From Candidatus Microgenomatus sp. (GTDB lineage: Bacteria > Patescibacteriota > Microgenomatia > UBA8517): a stretch of 64,000 nt of DNA. The notes beneath the pieces were generated by a model, which was given only the letters and a program-made list of their open reading frames with translations, ran no database searches and had not been told where the DNA came from. Shown in pieces: positions 35,882-45,955 of this stretch. Made by a program: the position numbers and the translations under genes. The stretch is taken from positions 422,002-486,001 of the forward strand of contig DYGS01000001.1 of assembly GCA_020724585.1 (NCBI GenBank). Reading direction: 5' to 3'. The first letter of the stretch is position 1, and every line of letters starts with the position of its first letter.

Positions 35882-37138
35882 ATGAATTCAAAAAGTGATG
35901 AAATTCAAATGAAAACTAACGATCACAAAAAACTTGGTCGTGAGCTTGACTTGTTTACTTTTAGTGACACTGTTGGCAAAGGCTTACCTCTTTGGACACC
36001 AAAGGGAGCTAGTATTAGACGAGAACTTGAAAGATATATAGTTGATGAGGAAATAAAGCGTGGCTATTCACATGTTTATACTCCCGACATTGCAAAACTT
36101 GATTTATATAAAAAGTCTGGACATTACCCATATTATAAAGATAGTATGTATTCTCCAATTGAAATTGAGGATGAAGAATTCATGCTTCGCCCCATGACAT
36201 GCCCACATCATTTTGAATTATATTTAGACAAACCAAAATCCTATAGAGAACTCCCAGTAAGATATGCTGAACTTGCAAAATTATATAGGTTTGAAAAATC
36301 AGGCGAGCTTATGGGATTACAACGTGTTAGAAGTTTTTGTCTTGCTGATGCACATATTATTTGTATGAAAGATCAGGCAAAAGATGAAGTATCAAAAGTT
36401 TTAGATTTAATTGAGGACATTGCAAAAACTCTTGGACTTATAAAAGATAAAGATTATAGCTACAGGTTGTCTCTTGGGGACAGGAGTGATGACAAAAAGT
36501 ATTTCAAGGATGATGCTGCATGGGACAAGGCAGAGGAAGTGTTAAGAGAGGTTTTAATAAGTAGGGAGTCAAAGTTTAAAGAAGTAGATGGTGAAGCAGC
36601 TTTCTATGGCCCTAAAATTGATATTCAAATGGTTAACACAAACGGTAAAGAAGATACTGCATTTACTGTTCAATATGACTTTGTTATGCCAAAAAGATTT
36701 AGTCTTAAATATATTAACGAGAATAATGAGGAAATAGAACCAGTTGTAGTTCATAGATCATCAATTGGAGCAATTGAAAGAATAATTGCATTCTTAATTG
36801 AAAAATATGAAGGCTATTTTCCTACATGGTTAAATCCAGTACAAGTTAAAATTCTTCCTGTTTCAGAAAAACACAATCAATATGCCATGAAAGTGCTTTA
36901 CAAGCTAAAAGAAAAGAATATTAGAGTTGAAATTGATGAAAGAAATGAGACATTAGGAGCAAAAATTAGAAATTCACAGAATGAAAAAGTTTCATATATG
37001 GTAATTATTGGAGAAAAAGAAGAAACAAGTGAAACAATTAATGTTAGAAAACGAGGACAAAAAGAAAGCGTCGACATGAATATTTCTGATTTTATTCATG
37101 ATCTAAAAAAAGAGATTGAAGAAAAATCCATTAACTGA
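35882..37138 (+). CDS. thrS: threonyl-tRNA synthetase, truncated form (catalytic and anticodon-binding domains only)
   Basis: HKKLGRELDLF; class II motifs RPMTCPHH ... FEKSGELMGLQRVRSFCLADAHIIC. Confidence 0.8.
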   Translation: MNSKSDEIQMKTNDHKKLGRELDLFTFSDTVGKGLPLWTPKGASIRRELERYIVDEEIKRGYSHVYTPDIAKLDLYKKSGHYPYYKDSMYSPIEIEDEEFMLRPMTCPHHFELYLDKPKSYRELPVRYAELAKLYRFEKSGELMGLQRVRSFCLADAHIICMKDQAKDEVSKVLDLIEDIAKTLGLIKDKDYSYRLSLGDRSDDKKYFKDDAAWDKAEEVLREVLISRESKFKEVDGEAAFYGPKIDIQMVNTNGKEDTAFTVQYDFVMPKRFSLKYINENNEEIEPVVVHRSSIGAIERIIAFLIEKYEGYFPTWLNPVQVKILPVSEKHNQYAMKVLYKLKEKNIRVEIDERNETLGAKIRNSQNEKVSYMVIIGEKEETSETINVRKRGQKESVDMNISDFIHDLKKEIEEKSIN

Positions 37139-37149
37139 TACAATTCAAC

Positions 37150-37695
37150 TTGAAATTGAGAAATACCAATAACTATTGGCGAATAAATGAGAGAATTCCG
37201 GGTAACAGTTTCCGTGTCTTGGATGAGACGGGCAAACAAATTGGAATACTCTCTAAGATCGAGGCAATTTCCAAGGCAAAAGAGATGAAAGCCGATTTGG
37301 TAGAAATTGCTCCAACTGCTAATCCGCCAGTTGTTAAAATCATTGAGTTTGGCAAGTTTAAATATCAGGAAGAGAAAAAGGCTAGAGAGTCTCAAAAGAA
37401 AAGTAAACCGGGAGATTTGAAAGAAATCAGATTTACGCCTTTTATAGGTGAGGCTGATTATCAAACTCGTCTTAAAAGAATTGATGAGTTTTTAAGAGAC
37501 AAAAATAAAGTCAAGCTGACTGTTTATTTTCAGACCAAACAATTAGGATCAAAACAGTTTGGGTATAATATTTTACAAAGAATCTTAAAAGATTTGGGGC
37601 AGGGGATAAATATTGATATGAATGCTAAATTTTTAGGGAGAAACTTAATAATGATAATATCTCCCACAAACTTATATGGCAAAAGTAAAAGTTAA
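37150..37695 (+). CDS. infC: translation initiation factor IF-3 (start codon uncertain)
   Basis: RINERI...VRVLDETGKQIG...DLVEIAPTANPPVVKII. Confidence 0.8.
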   Translation: MKLRNTNNYWRINERIPGNSFRVLDETGKQIGILSKIEAISKAKEMKADLVEIAPTANPPVVKIIEFGKFKYQEEKKARESQKKSKPGDLKEIRFTPFIGEADYQTRLKRIDEFLRDKNKVKLTVYFQTKQLGSKQFGYNILQRILKDLGQGINIDMNAKFLGRNLIMIISPTNLYGKSKS

Positions 37696-37876
37696 ATCAA
37701 AAGCTAGAGTATTAAACAGAATAAAAGTTACCAAAAATGGTAAAGTCTTGAGAAGGCGTGCTTTTAAAAGGCATTTGAATGTCGCAAAAAGCAAGAAAAG
37801 ATTAAGAAGATTATCGCGAGTTGTTCCCGTCAAAAAAGCATTGGCTAAAAAGATAAGAAAGTTTCTGGGGAAATAA
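37676..37876 (+). CDS. rpmI: ribosomal protein L35
   Basis: MAKVKVKSKARVLNRIKVTKNGKVLRRRAFKRH. Confidence 0.85.
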   Translation: MAKVKVKSKARVLNRIKVTKNGKVLRRRAFKRHLNVAKSKKRLRRLSRVVPVKKALAKKIRKFLGK

Positions 37877-37879
37877 TAT

Positions 37880-38233
37880 ATGGCAAGAGTTAAATCAAAA
37901 GCAATTATTAAACATAGAAAAATAAGAAAACTTGCTAAGGGCTACCATAGTGCAAGAAGGAAAAGATTTAAAGCCGCTAATGAAGCGGTTATGCACGCAG
38001 GCCAATATGCTTATGTTGGAAGAAAACTAAAGAAAAGAGATTTAAGAAGCCTCTGGATAGTTAGAATTTCTGCGGCTGTTAAAAAATTGGGGCTTTCATA
38101 TTCAAAATTTGTTAAAGCATTAAAAGACAATAAAATTGAATTAGATAGAAAAATACTTTCAGAACTTGCAGCCAAAAATCTTTCCGTATTTGAAAAAGTA
38201 GTTGAAAAAGCAGGCTTTACTTCCAAAAAATAG
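37880..38233 (+). CDS. rplT: ribosomal protein L20
   Basis: MARVKSKAIIKHRKIRKLAKGY... Confidence 0.9.
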   Translation: MARVKSKAIIKHRKIRKLAKGYHSARRKRFKAANEAVMHAGQYAYVGRKLKKRDLRSLWIVRISAAVKKLGLSYSKFVKALKDNKIELDRKILSELAAKNLSVFEKVVEKAGFTSKK

Positions 38234-38282
38234 GAGGTTAAGTTTGTTTTATTTTTAACCTCCTAAATTAGGAGGTTTTTTG
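38232..38282 (+). terminator. hairpin(s) plus T-run after rplT
   Basis: GGAGGTTAA...TTAACCTCC and CCTCC-TAAATTA-GGAGG followed by TTTTTTG. Confidence 0.45.
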
Positions 38283-38295
38283 TTATCATTAAACA

Positions 38296-39324
38296 ATGAG
38301 AGAACTTGTTAATAATATTAAAAATCAGGCAATTGCATCGCTTTCTGATGCAAGCTCGCTTAGCGAGCTGGAGATTTTAAGAATTGACATTTTTGGCAGA
38401 AGTGGAAAATTTACTTTGGCTTCAAAAGAACTTAAAAACTTAAAGCCTGAAGAAAAAAAGGAAATAGGAATACTTATTAATGAAACTAAAAATACTTTAG
38501 AAACTTTGTTTATTGAAAAGAAAAATGAATTAGAATCTAATGTCAGGGTTTGGTTTGATCCAACTATTCCTGCTATCAAAAGGCCACAGGGGCGTCTTCA
38601 CATGATAACTCGTGCCATTGATGAAATATCATCTGTTTTTGAAAAAATTGGTTTTACAAGAACTAGATATCCTGAAGTCGAATGGGATTATTATGCATTT
38701 GGGGCACTAAATTTCCCCAAAAATCATCCTGCAAGAGACGACTGGGAAACATTTTTTATAGATGAAAAAGATTCACCTAAATACGGTCCAATGCTTTTAA
38801 CACCACACACATCTAGTGGTCAGATTCGGGAGATGGAAAGACTAAAAGGAAAACCTCCTATTAGAATGATTAATCTTGCAAAAACCTACAGAAGACAAAG
38901 TGATGCAAGTCATATACCAATGTTTCATCAATTTGAAGGTATGGTAGTTGATAAAGATATATCTGTAGTTAACCTTAAAGGTACACTTGATTACTTTGCA
39001 TCAAATTTCTTTGGAAAAGAAAGGGTAACAAGACTTAGGCCATATCACTTTCAGTTTACCGAACCTTCTTTTGAAGTTGATATAAGCTGCAATGTTTGCA
39101 AAGGCAGTGGGTGCAAGCTTTGTAAAGAGGGATGGTTGGAATTAGGGGGCGCGGGAATGATACATCCTAATGTCTTAAAAGCAGGTGGAATTGATCCAAA
39201 TGTCTATAGTGGTTTTGCATTTGGTTGGGGTGTTGAAAGAACTTACATGATGAAGGAAGGTTTAGCTGTTCCTGACATACGACTTTTATATAGTTCCGAT
39301 TTGCGTGTCCTATCGCAACTTTGA
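38296..39324 (+). CDS. pheS: phenylalanyl-tRNA synthetase alpha subunit (with Cys4 insertion CNVCKGSGCKLC)
   Basis: Class II core FEGMVVD...FTEPSFEVD...GWLELGGAGM. Confidence 0.85.
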   Translation: MRELVNNIKNQAIASLSDASSLSELEILRIDIFGRSGKFTLASKELKNLKPEEKKEIGILINETKNTLETLFIEKKNELESNVRVWFDPTIPAIKRPQGRLHMITRAIDEISSVFEKIGFTRTRYPEVEWDYYAFGALNFPKNHPARDDWETFFIDEKDSPKYGPMLLTPHTSSGQIREMERLKGKPPIRMINLAKTYRRQSDASHIPMFHQFEGMVVDKDISVVNLKGTLDYFASNFFGKERVTRLRPYHFQFTEPSFEVDISCNVCKGSGCKLCKEGWLELGGAGMIHPNVLKAGGIDPNVYSGFAFGWGVERTYMMKEGLAVPDIRLLYSSDLRVLSQL

Positions 39325-39355
39325 ACTTTGCACTAAGTACTATGTACTAATTATT

Positions 39356-41335
39356 ATGGATTTACTAATACCGGATTCATGGCTAAGAAAATATTTAGAT
39401 ACAAAGGCAGCTCCTGCTGATCTGGCCAAGTATCTATCCCTTTGCGGCCCTTCAATTGAAAGAATTAAAAAAACAGATGACGGAGATAGTGTTTATTCAA
39501 TTGAAGTGACATCAAATCGAGTGGATAGTGCATCAGTTGTTGGTATTGCAAGAGAAGCAGCAACAATTTTACCTAGATTTGGAATAAAAGCAGAATTCAA
39601 AAATTCCAAAAACCAAAAACTCAAAACAAATTATAAATTAAAAACAAAAGTGAATTATCTGGATGTAAAAGTCAATTCAAAATTATGTCCAAGGTTTACT
39701 GCAGTTTTGATTAAAAATGTAACCATTAAACCGTCAAATAAAGATATACAAAATCTATTAAAAAAGATAGGCATTCGGCCAATTAACAATATTGTTGACA
39801 TTAGTAATTTCGTTATGGTTGATACCGGTCAACCTGTCCATACTTTTGATTACGACAAAATCGCTGGACAAAAAATGATTTTGAGAGAATCAAATTTTGG
39901 GGAAAAAATAAAAACACTTGATGAAAAAGAATTTATATTAAAAGGCAAAGATATAGTAATTGAAGATGGAAGTGGCAAACTAATTGATTTATGCGGCATT
40001 ATGGGAGGAAATTCAAGTTGTATTGATCAAAATACTAAAAATGTTTTACTTTTTGTTCAAAACTATGACAAAGATCATATTAGAAAAACTTCGATGGAAC
40101 TACTTCAGCGAACCCAGGCTGCAACATTATTTGAAAAAGGGCTTGATAGCGAAAATGTGATTAACGGACTCAACCTCGCTCTTTTAATGCTTGAAAAAAT
40201 AAAAGGAGTCAAAATTGAAAAAGAAATATTGGACATTTACCCTAATCCATATAAAAATAAAATCGTCAAAATTTCAATCGGTGATATTAATAAAATAATT
40301 GGCATCAATCTTGCCGAAAAAGATATTATCAACATCACCACCAGTTTGGGATTTAATGTTGAACAGCAGGGTGCAACCCTGCTCTTGGGAGTTCCATCCT
40401 GGAGAGCTGAAGATATAAATATAAAAGAAGATATTGTTGAGGAAATTGCAAGAATCTATGGTTATCATAATTTACCAAGCGTTGTTATGAATGGCGATTT
40501 ATCAAAACAGACTGACGATAAATCCTACAAATATGAAAGTAAAATTAGAAATAAACTAAAAGAGCTTGCATATAACGAAGTTTATAATCTTTCACTGGTA
40601 CCAGTTGAGTATGTTGATACCAAAGTAGCCGTTAAATTAAAAAATCCATTAGGACTCGACACACTTTATTTAAGAACTAACTTAAAAAATGGTCTATTTA
40701 AATCAATGCAAGATAATTCCCACGAAAAAGGAGTTGTGAAACTATTTGAATTATCAAACATATATATAAAACAAAATAATAGTTTACCAAAAGAAGTACT
40801 AAAGCTTGTTGGAATTACCAAAAACAACAAATTTATAGAAAACAAAACTGATGTAATTGATTTATTAAACGAACTAGAAATTGAATATAGTGAAAAAATA
40901 GAGGATGGAATAGGGTTTAAGCCAAACCAAAGAATAGCAGTTTTTACCGAAGGTACAAAATCTTCTAATAAAGTAGAAATAGGAGAGTATGGAAACCTTG
41001 AAAATGGACTCTTTGCATTTGAATTTGATATTGATAAATTATTAAACTCTAAAACAATTTATAAAAAATATAAAGAAATCTCAAAATATCCAAGTCAAGT
41101 TGAAGATTTGACATTAACGATTCCTAAGAAAACATATATTGGCGAGGTTGTTGCAGAAATATATAGTATATCGAATATAGTACATAGCATCTCACTTAAT
41201 GATGTTTATAACAATAATTATACATTTAGAATAGAGTATCATTCTGATCAAAAAACATTAACCGATAGCGAAGTTGAAGAGATTCGGAAAAAAATAATCT
41301 CAAAATTATCTTCTAAATTTGGAATTAATACTTAA
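39356..41335 (+). CDS. pheT: phenylalanyl-tRNA synthetase beta subunit, short form
   Basis: B3/B4 and B5 regions; operon position after pheS; start at MDLLIP. Confidence 0.75.
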   Translation: MDLLIPDSWLRKYLDTKAAPADLAKYLSLCGPSIERIKKTDDGDSVYSIEVTSNRVDSASVVGIAREAATILPRFGIKAEFKNSKNQKLKTNYKLKTKVNYLDVKVNSKLCPRFTAVLIKNVTIKPSNKDIQNLLKKIGIRPINNIVDISNFVMVDTGQPVHTFDYDKIAGQKMILRESNFGEKIKTLDEKEFILKGKDIVIEDGSGKLIDLCGIMGGNSSCIDQNTKNVLLFVQNYDKDHIRKTSMELLQRTQAATLFEKGLDSENVINGLNLALLMLEKIKGVKIEKEILDIYPNPYKNKIVKISIGDINKIIGINLAEKDIINITTSLGFNVEQQGATLLLGVPSWRAEDINIKEDIVEEIARIYGYHNLPSVVMNGDLSKQTDDKSYKYESKIRNKLKELAYNEVYNLSLVPVEYVDTKVAVKLKNPLGLDTLYLRTNLKNGLFKSMQDNSHEKGVVKLFELSNIYIKQNNSLPKEVLKLVGITKNNKFIENKTDVIDLLNELEIEYSEKIEDGIGFKPNQRIAVFTEGTKSSNKVEIGEYGNLENGLFAFEFDIDKLLNSKTIYKKYKEISKYPSQVEDLTLTIPKKTYIGEVVAEIYSISNIVHSISLNDVYNNNYTFRIEYHSDQKTLTDSEVEEIRKKIISKLSSKFGINT

Positions 41336-43938
41336 GGTATAGGCGATGGAGTAGGGGTAGGTGAGGCGTCCCAATTAGTATTTACTCCTATGTCTATTAT
41401 TCTATCTGATATATTTCCATTTTTATCTTTGGCAATTGCTTTAAGTTTATGTGTCCCGTCTGAGAGCGTTAATTCATGCTTAAATGGCGGATTAGTAAAA
41501 GATCTAACTTTTAAGCCATCGGCCTCTAACTCAAGAGAAACTATATCAGTTACAGAAAACGCCTTGATCTCGACATTAAATGTATTAGGTAAATTAGATG
41601 TTCTATCTTTCGGATTTACAAATTCAATACTTAAGGGGTTACTCGTGCCGCAATAATCGCTCGGCGGTCTATATCTTGGGTCCAACTGTCCATTTATCCA
41701 GTTTAATATCGCTTCCATCCACCTGTTTTTACCGTCCGTTGATACCGGATCTTCTTCTTTAATTTTTATAAACTCTTTTTTTTCGTAATTTCCTGAAGCT
41801 ATATCTGCAGGTGTTGCTAATTTGCCGTCACTCTTGCAGATATCCAGATAAACATGAATATTATCATCCTCCGGCTCCATACCTTTAATAAATATTTCAG
41901 GTCGTGAAGGGAATCCGTCATGCGCCTTTTTGCCCGAAATTGCATCAACTTCATAAGCAACAATTCCTTCAGGTTTATTAAAATCAACAGCAGGAAGGCC
42001 GGATAAACTTTCTAAAATTATTCTTCTCCAAATAGGGGAAGCACCTGAAACACCCGAGGCTACATTTAACATTGGTGAATTATCATTGTTTCCAACCCAA
42101 ACACCGACTGTTCTCTGCGGCGTTCCTCCAACAGTCCAGTTGTCTCTTTTGTCATTAGTTGTACCGGTCTTGACTGCAACACGCCTCCCTGTGATATTTA
42201 ATAAAGAATTAGGGCCAAAAACATCTTTTCTCGCATTATTATCAGCCAAAATATCAGAAATTATGAAAGCCTGCTCCTCGCTTAGCACTCTTTTTCCTCT
42301 TTTAGGATTGATCTCCTCTAATTTTCGCCCCTTGCTATCCTCAACTTTTAATATTGCCAAAGGTTCAACTTTTGTTCCGCCATTGAAAAATGAGGAATAC
42401 CCGCCGGTTAATTCCAACAATTTAACTTCACCGCCGCCAAGAGTTAGCGAAAGTCCAACTCTAGAAAGAGTCTCTTTGGTTGGGGGAAGTGAATTAATCC
42501 CCATAGAATGGGCCGTTTCTAAAACATCCTTAATGCCAACCAATGCAATAAATTTAACTGCTGGAATATTTAAAGAGTTACCTAATGCATAACGCATTTG
42601 AACAGGACCTCTGTATTTACCATCATAATTGACAGGGTTGTAGTCGGGTTGTCCCGCCCCGCCGGGAAATGTTGTTGCAACATCCATAATCATATGCGAT
42701 GCGGTATAACCTTCTTTTAATGCAGTTACATAAGTGAAAGGCTTAAAAGATGATCCAGGCTGGCGAAGTGCTGTTACAACATTTACTTGGCCATCATAAT
42801 TAGGGTCATCAAATTGCTTGCTACCCACCATCGCCAATATTTCACCCGTCTCTGAATTTAAAACAACTGCGCCTCCATTAGTGATCCGCTGTGATTCAAC
42901 TTTAGCAATTTCCTCAAAAACAATATTCTGCGCTTTTTCCTGTAAGTCTAAATCAAGAGTTGTTGTAACTCTTAAACCCCCTTGTTCGATGACCCTTTCA
43001 CCATATCTTTCTTCCAATATTTTTTGTACATATTGAACAAAGTGGGGTGCTTTAAAAGTAGAGCCTTTGGGAGCAAATTTAAAATTAGAAAGTTCTGATA
43101 AGGCCGCTTCTTCCTGGTCCTTAGTTATGTGGCCGTCCTCTCTCATGCGTCTCAATACATTTTTAGTTCGTTCAATAAACGCCTCAGGAGTTGATGAGTA
43201 AGGCGAATATTTTGAAGGCAACTGCGGAATACCTGCTAAAATTGCAGATTCTATTAAATTTAAATCTTTCGTTTTTTTGCCAAAATAGGTTTCCGAGGCT
43301 GTTTCAACACCTCTCATATTTCCGCCGTAAGGAGCTTCATTTAAATACATCTGCAAAATTTGGTCCTTGCTATATTTTCTTTCAATTTGAACGGCCAAAA
43401 TAAATTCCTTTATCTTTCTGGTTACAGATCTTTCAGATGACAAAAGAACATTTTTGACCAATTGTTGCGTTAAAGTTGATCCGCCCTGAGCATAACCTCT
43501 TGTAAAGAGCCTTGATAAGCCTCTAATTGTTCCGAAAATATCAAAACCTGTATGCTTATAAAAATTTTTATCTTCTATTGCAATCGTTGCTTGTTTTAAA
43601 TAAAGAGGAACATCTTTTATATCAACGGGGGTCCTTCTTTCATCCTCAAAAATATCATATAAAGCCTTGCCGTTTCTGTCTAAAATTTTAGTTGAAAAAC
43701 CTTCTCTTCTTACAACCCTATCAGGAGAGGGTAATGTCAAAGCCATCAGGGGAAAAACAATTACTAAAAACAAAAATATAATTAAAATCCCAAGAAAAGC
43801 AAATTTTGCCAATTTAACCATTCTTTTGCTTTTATCAACTCCCAAAAGTCTTCTTCGCCTCTCCCTCCACATATACAAAAACATAATACCATAATTAATA
43901 CTACTTTTATATATTTCATAAGTTTCGCGGTTGATCAA
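41332..43938 (-). CDS. mrcA: class A penicillin-binding protein (PBP1A; glycosyltransferase plus transpeptidase) with C-terminal domain and Pro/Thr-rich tail
   Basis: GT51 EDKNFYKHTGFD; transpeptidase SFKP, SLN, KTGTT; tail ASPTPTPSPIP. Confidence 0.8.
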   Translation of the reverse strand: MINRETYEIYKSSINYGIMFLYMWRERRRRLLGVDKSKRMVKLAKFAFLGILIIFLFLVIVFPLMALTLPSPDRVVRREGFSTKILDRNGKALYDIFEDERRTPVDIKDVPLYLKQATIAIEDKNFYKHTGFDIFGTIRGLSRLFTRGYAQGGSTLTQQLVKNVLLSSERSVTRKIKEFILAVQIERKYSKDQILQMYLNEAPYGGNMRGVETASETYFGKKTKDLNLIESAILAGIPQLPSKYSPYSSTPEAFIERTKNVLRRMREDGHITKDQEEAALSELSNFKFAPKGSTFKAPHFVQYVQKILEERYGERVIEQGGLRVTTTLDLDLQEKAQNIVFEEIAKVESQRITNGGAVVLNSETGEILAMVGSKQFDDPNYDGQVNVVTALRQPGSSFKPFTYVTALKEGYTASHMIMDVATTFPGGAGQPDYNPVNYDGKYRGPVQMRYALGNSLNIPAVKFIALVGIKDVLETAHSMGINSLPPTKETLSRVGLSLTLGGGEVKLLELTGGYSSFFNGGTKVEPLAILKVEDSKGRKLEEINPKRGKRVLSEEQAFIISDILADNNARKDVFGPNSLLNITGRRVAVKTGTTNDKRDNWTVGGTPQRTVGVWVGNNDNSPMLNVASGVSGASPIWRRIILESLSGLPAVDFNKPEGIVAYEVDAISGKKAHDGFPSRPEIFIKGMEPEDDNIHVYLDICKSDGKLATPADIASGNYEKKEFIKIKEEDPVSTDGKNRWMEAILNWINGQLDPRYRPPSDYCGTSNPLSIEFVNPKDRTSNLPNTFNVEIKAFSVTDIVSLELEADGLKVRSFTNPPFKHELTLSDGTHKLKAIAKDKNGNISDRIIDIGVNTNWDASPTPTPSPIP

Positions 43939-44044
43939 AGTTTATGCTCTATGTCATTGCGAGGAAGTTTAAGGCGACACGGCAATCTGAGTTTGAGATT
44001 GCTTCACTATGTTCGCAATGACACTGGGTGCGAAACTTGTGTAT

Positions 44045-44074
44045 TTGACAAAATTTGTGGAACTCGACTATAAT
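44045..44074 (+). promoter_or_regulatory. strong sigma70-like promoter TTGACA-18-TATAAT
   Basis: Read in the sequence. Confidence 0.55.
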
Positions 44075-44080
44075 ACCACC

Positions 44081-44324
44081 ATTGACAAATAAAGACTTTG
44101 AAGCAGTGCAGTAGCTAACTTTAAGTTGACACAAGAGATTAGGCGGTTGGTGAAAGACCTAACGAATTAAATTTAGTGAATTACCCTGTGAAGTTGCGAG
44201 GACAAAATTCTCGACGGAACGTTAGCCGTAAAATTAACTAGAAAGTGTTGGAAACAAAGCTTTTGAAAAATAAGGATTATTCTTTATCGTTTCAATTCCG
44301 TTCCAACGGAATTTTTTGTTTTTT
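44081..44324 (+). ncRNA. candidate small RNA or leader (about 244 nt) from the promoter at 44045 to the intrinsic terminator at 44294-44324
   Basis: Promoter and terminator bracket a stop-codon-rich region; internal hairpins (TTAGG...CCTAA, CGAG...CTCG); not a T-box (no GGGTGGNACCGCG). Confidence 0.4.
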
Positions 44325-44433
44325 AAAGGATAATTAAAAAAGGGTGGTACCGTTCCTGAATTAAATTGAAGGAGCCCCTTTAGATACCAATATTATTTGG
44401 TGTTTAAAGGGGCTTTTTATATTAAAAAACAAT

Positions 44434-44673
44434 ATGAGTGTAGAACAAAGAGAGTTTAATTTGGGTTTAAAACCTGGAGAAATAGTTTTTATAGACAATA
44501 ACAATATCAGTTGGAGAGTTTTTGTTGACAAAGACGATTTTATAATACCAGATGATGCTATCGTGGGAGAAATTTTAGGTTATTCAAACTGCTCGTGTGA
44601 ACACGTCCACTCTGTAAAACTAAAAATGGAAAATGGTAGGATGGTAAAATATGTATCAACAGGGTATTATTAG
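44434..44673 (+). CDS. small hypothetical protein (79 aa)
   Basis: ORF. Confidence 0.4.
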   Translation: MSVEQREFNLGLKPGEIVFIDNNNISWRVFVDKDDFIIPDDAIVGEILGYSNCSCEHVHSVKLKMENGRMVKYVSTGYY

Positions 44674-44690
44674 ATTATTAAACAAGTAAT

Positions 44691-45854
44691 ATGGACTACA
44701 ATATTGATGAAGTATTAACAAGAAGAGTTACAAATGTAATCCCTGATAAGAATGCCCTAAAAAAACTTCTCGAATCGGGAAAAAAGCTTAATGTCTATTT
44801 TGGAATTGACCCAACAGCAACAAGAGTTCATATTGGCCATGCAGTAGCCATCCGAAAGCTTCAAGAGTTTGTCGATCTTGGCCATAATGTTACATTTTTA
44901 ATAGGCGATGCAACAGCTTTAATCGGCGATACCTCAGATAAAGATTCCGAGCGCCCGGTTTTAACAGCAGAGGAAATCAAAAATAACTTTAAAACTTACA
45001 AAAAACAAGCAAGCAAAATCCTCGATTTCTCAAAAGTTAAAATTAAATTTAACAGTAAGTGGCTGTCAAAACTAAGTTTTATAGACACAATAAAACTTGC
45101 CCAAAATTTTTCCTTTGGTGATTTTGCCAATAGAGAACTTATTAAAAAGAGACTTAATGATAAAAAGAAGGTTGGGCTTCATGAAGCTTTATATCCTGCA
45201 ATGCAGGCCTATGACAGTTATATTTTAGATACAGATATCCAAATAGGCGGCGCTGATCAAACATTTAATATGCAGGCAGGTAGACAACTTATAAAATCAA
45301 GGCTTAATAAAGAGTCATATATTGTTGTTACTCCTTATTTAACGGGCACCGATGGACGAAAAATGAGTAAAAGTTGGGGAAATGCAATTTGGTTAACCGA
45401 TAGCGCTGAAGAAATATTTGGCAAAGTAATGTCTCTTCCTGATGATCTTATCGTTGAATATTTTGAAAACGCAACCAAATTGGATCAAAAGACCATTGAT
45501 AATGCCAAAAAGGCCCTTAAAAACGGTGTTAACCCCATGCTTCTTAAAAAAGACCTGGCTTTCCAGATTGCTCTTGAATTTGCAGGCAAAAAAGCGGCAA
45601 ACAAGGCAAGAGTAAATTTTGAAAAAACTTTTTCAAAAAAAATGCCGGAGTTTAGCAGTCAAATCAAGTTAAAATCCTCTCTCCTTGAAACAGTTGCTCC
45701 TCATACAAAATTAAAATCACTTTCCGATGCAAAAAGATTGATAAGCCAAGGTGCAGTTCAAATAAATGGCGATATTGTAAGAGATATAAATTACAAAATT
45801 AAAAAAGGCGACAAAATAAAAATCGGAAAGAAAATATTTGGCAAATTAGTATGA
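44691..45854 (+). CDS. tyrS: tyrosyl-tRNA synthetase
   Basis: HIGH motif (TRVHIGHAV), KMSKS; C-terminal S4-like domain. Confidence 0.85.
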   Translation: MDYNIDEVLTRRVTNVIPDKNALKKLLESGKKLNVYFGIDPTATRVHIGHAVAIRKLQEFVDLGHNVTFLIGDATALIGDTSDKDSERPVLTAEEIKNNFKTYKKQASKILDFSKVKIKFNSKWLSKLSFIDTIKLAQNFSFGDFANRELIKKRLNDKKKVGLHEALYPAMQAYDSYILDTDIQIGGADQTFNMQAGRQLIKSRLNKESYIVVTPYLTGTDGRKMSKSWGNAIWLTDSAEEIFGKVMSLPDDLIVEYFENATKLDQKTIDNAKKALKNGVNPMLLKKDLAFQIALEFAGKKAANKARVNFEKTFSKKMPEFSSQIKLKSSLLETVAPHTKLKSLSDAKRLISQGAVQINGDIVRDINYKIKKGDKIKIGKKIFGKLV

Positions 45855-45952
45855 GTACAAAAAAACAGAAAAGAATTTTTAAAATTATTGTTATAATTTC
45901 AGGAATTGCCCTGCTTTTTGGAGCATTTGCTCCGTTTTTAATTTATTTGTAA
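45851..45952 (+). CDS. possible 33-aa single-TM micropeptide overlapping the tyrS stop (ATGA)
   Basis: MSTKKQKRIFKIIVIISGIALLFGAFAPFLIYL; below the ORF-track size cutoff. Confidence 0.25.
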   Translation: MSTKKQKRIFKIIVIISGIALLFGAFAPFLIYL

Positions 45953-45955
45953 ACT

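Noticed and set aside
44081-44324. T-box riboswitch leader for tyrS
   Set aside because: No T-box consensus (AGGGUGGNACCGCG) or antiterminator bulge was found, and the terminator is followed by a separate small ORF rather than tyrS directly.
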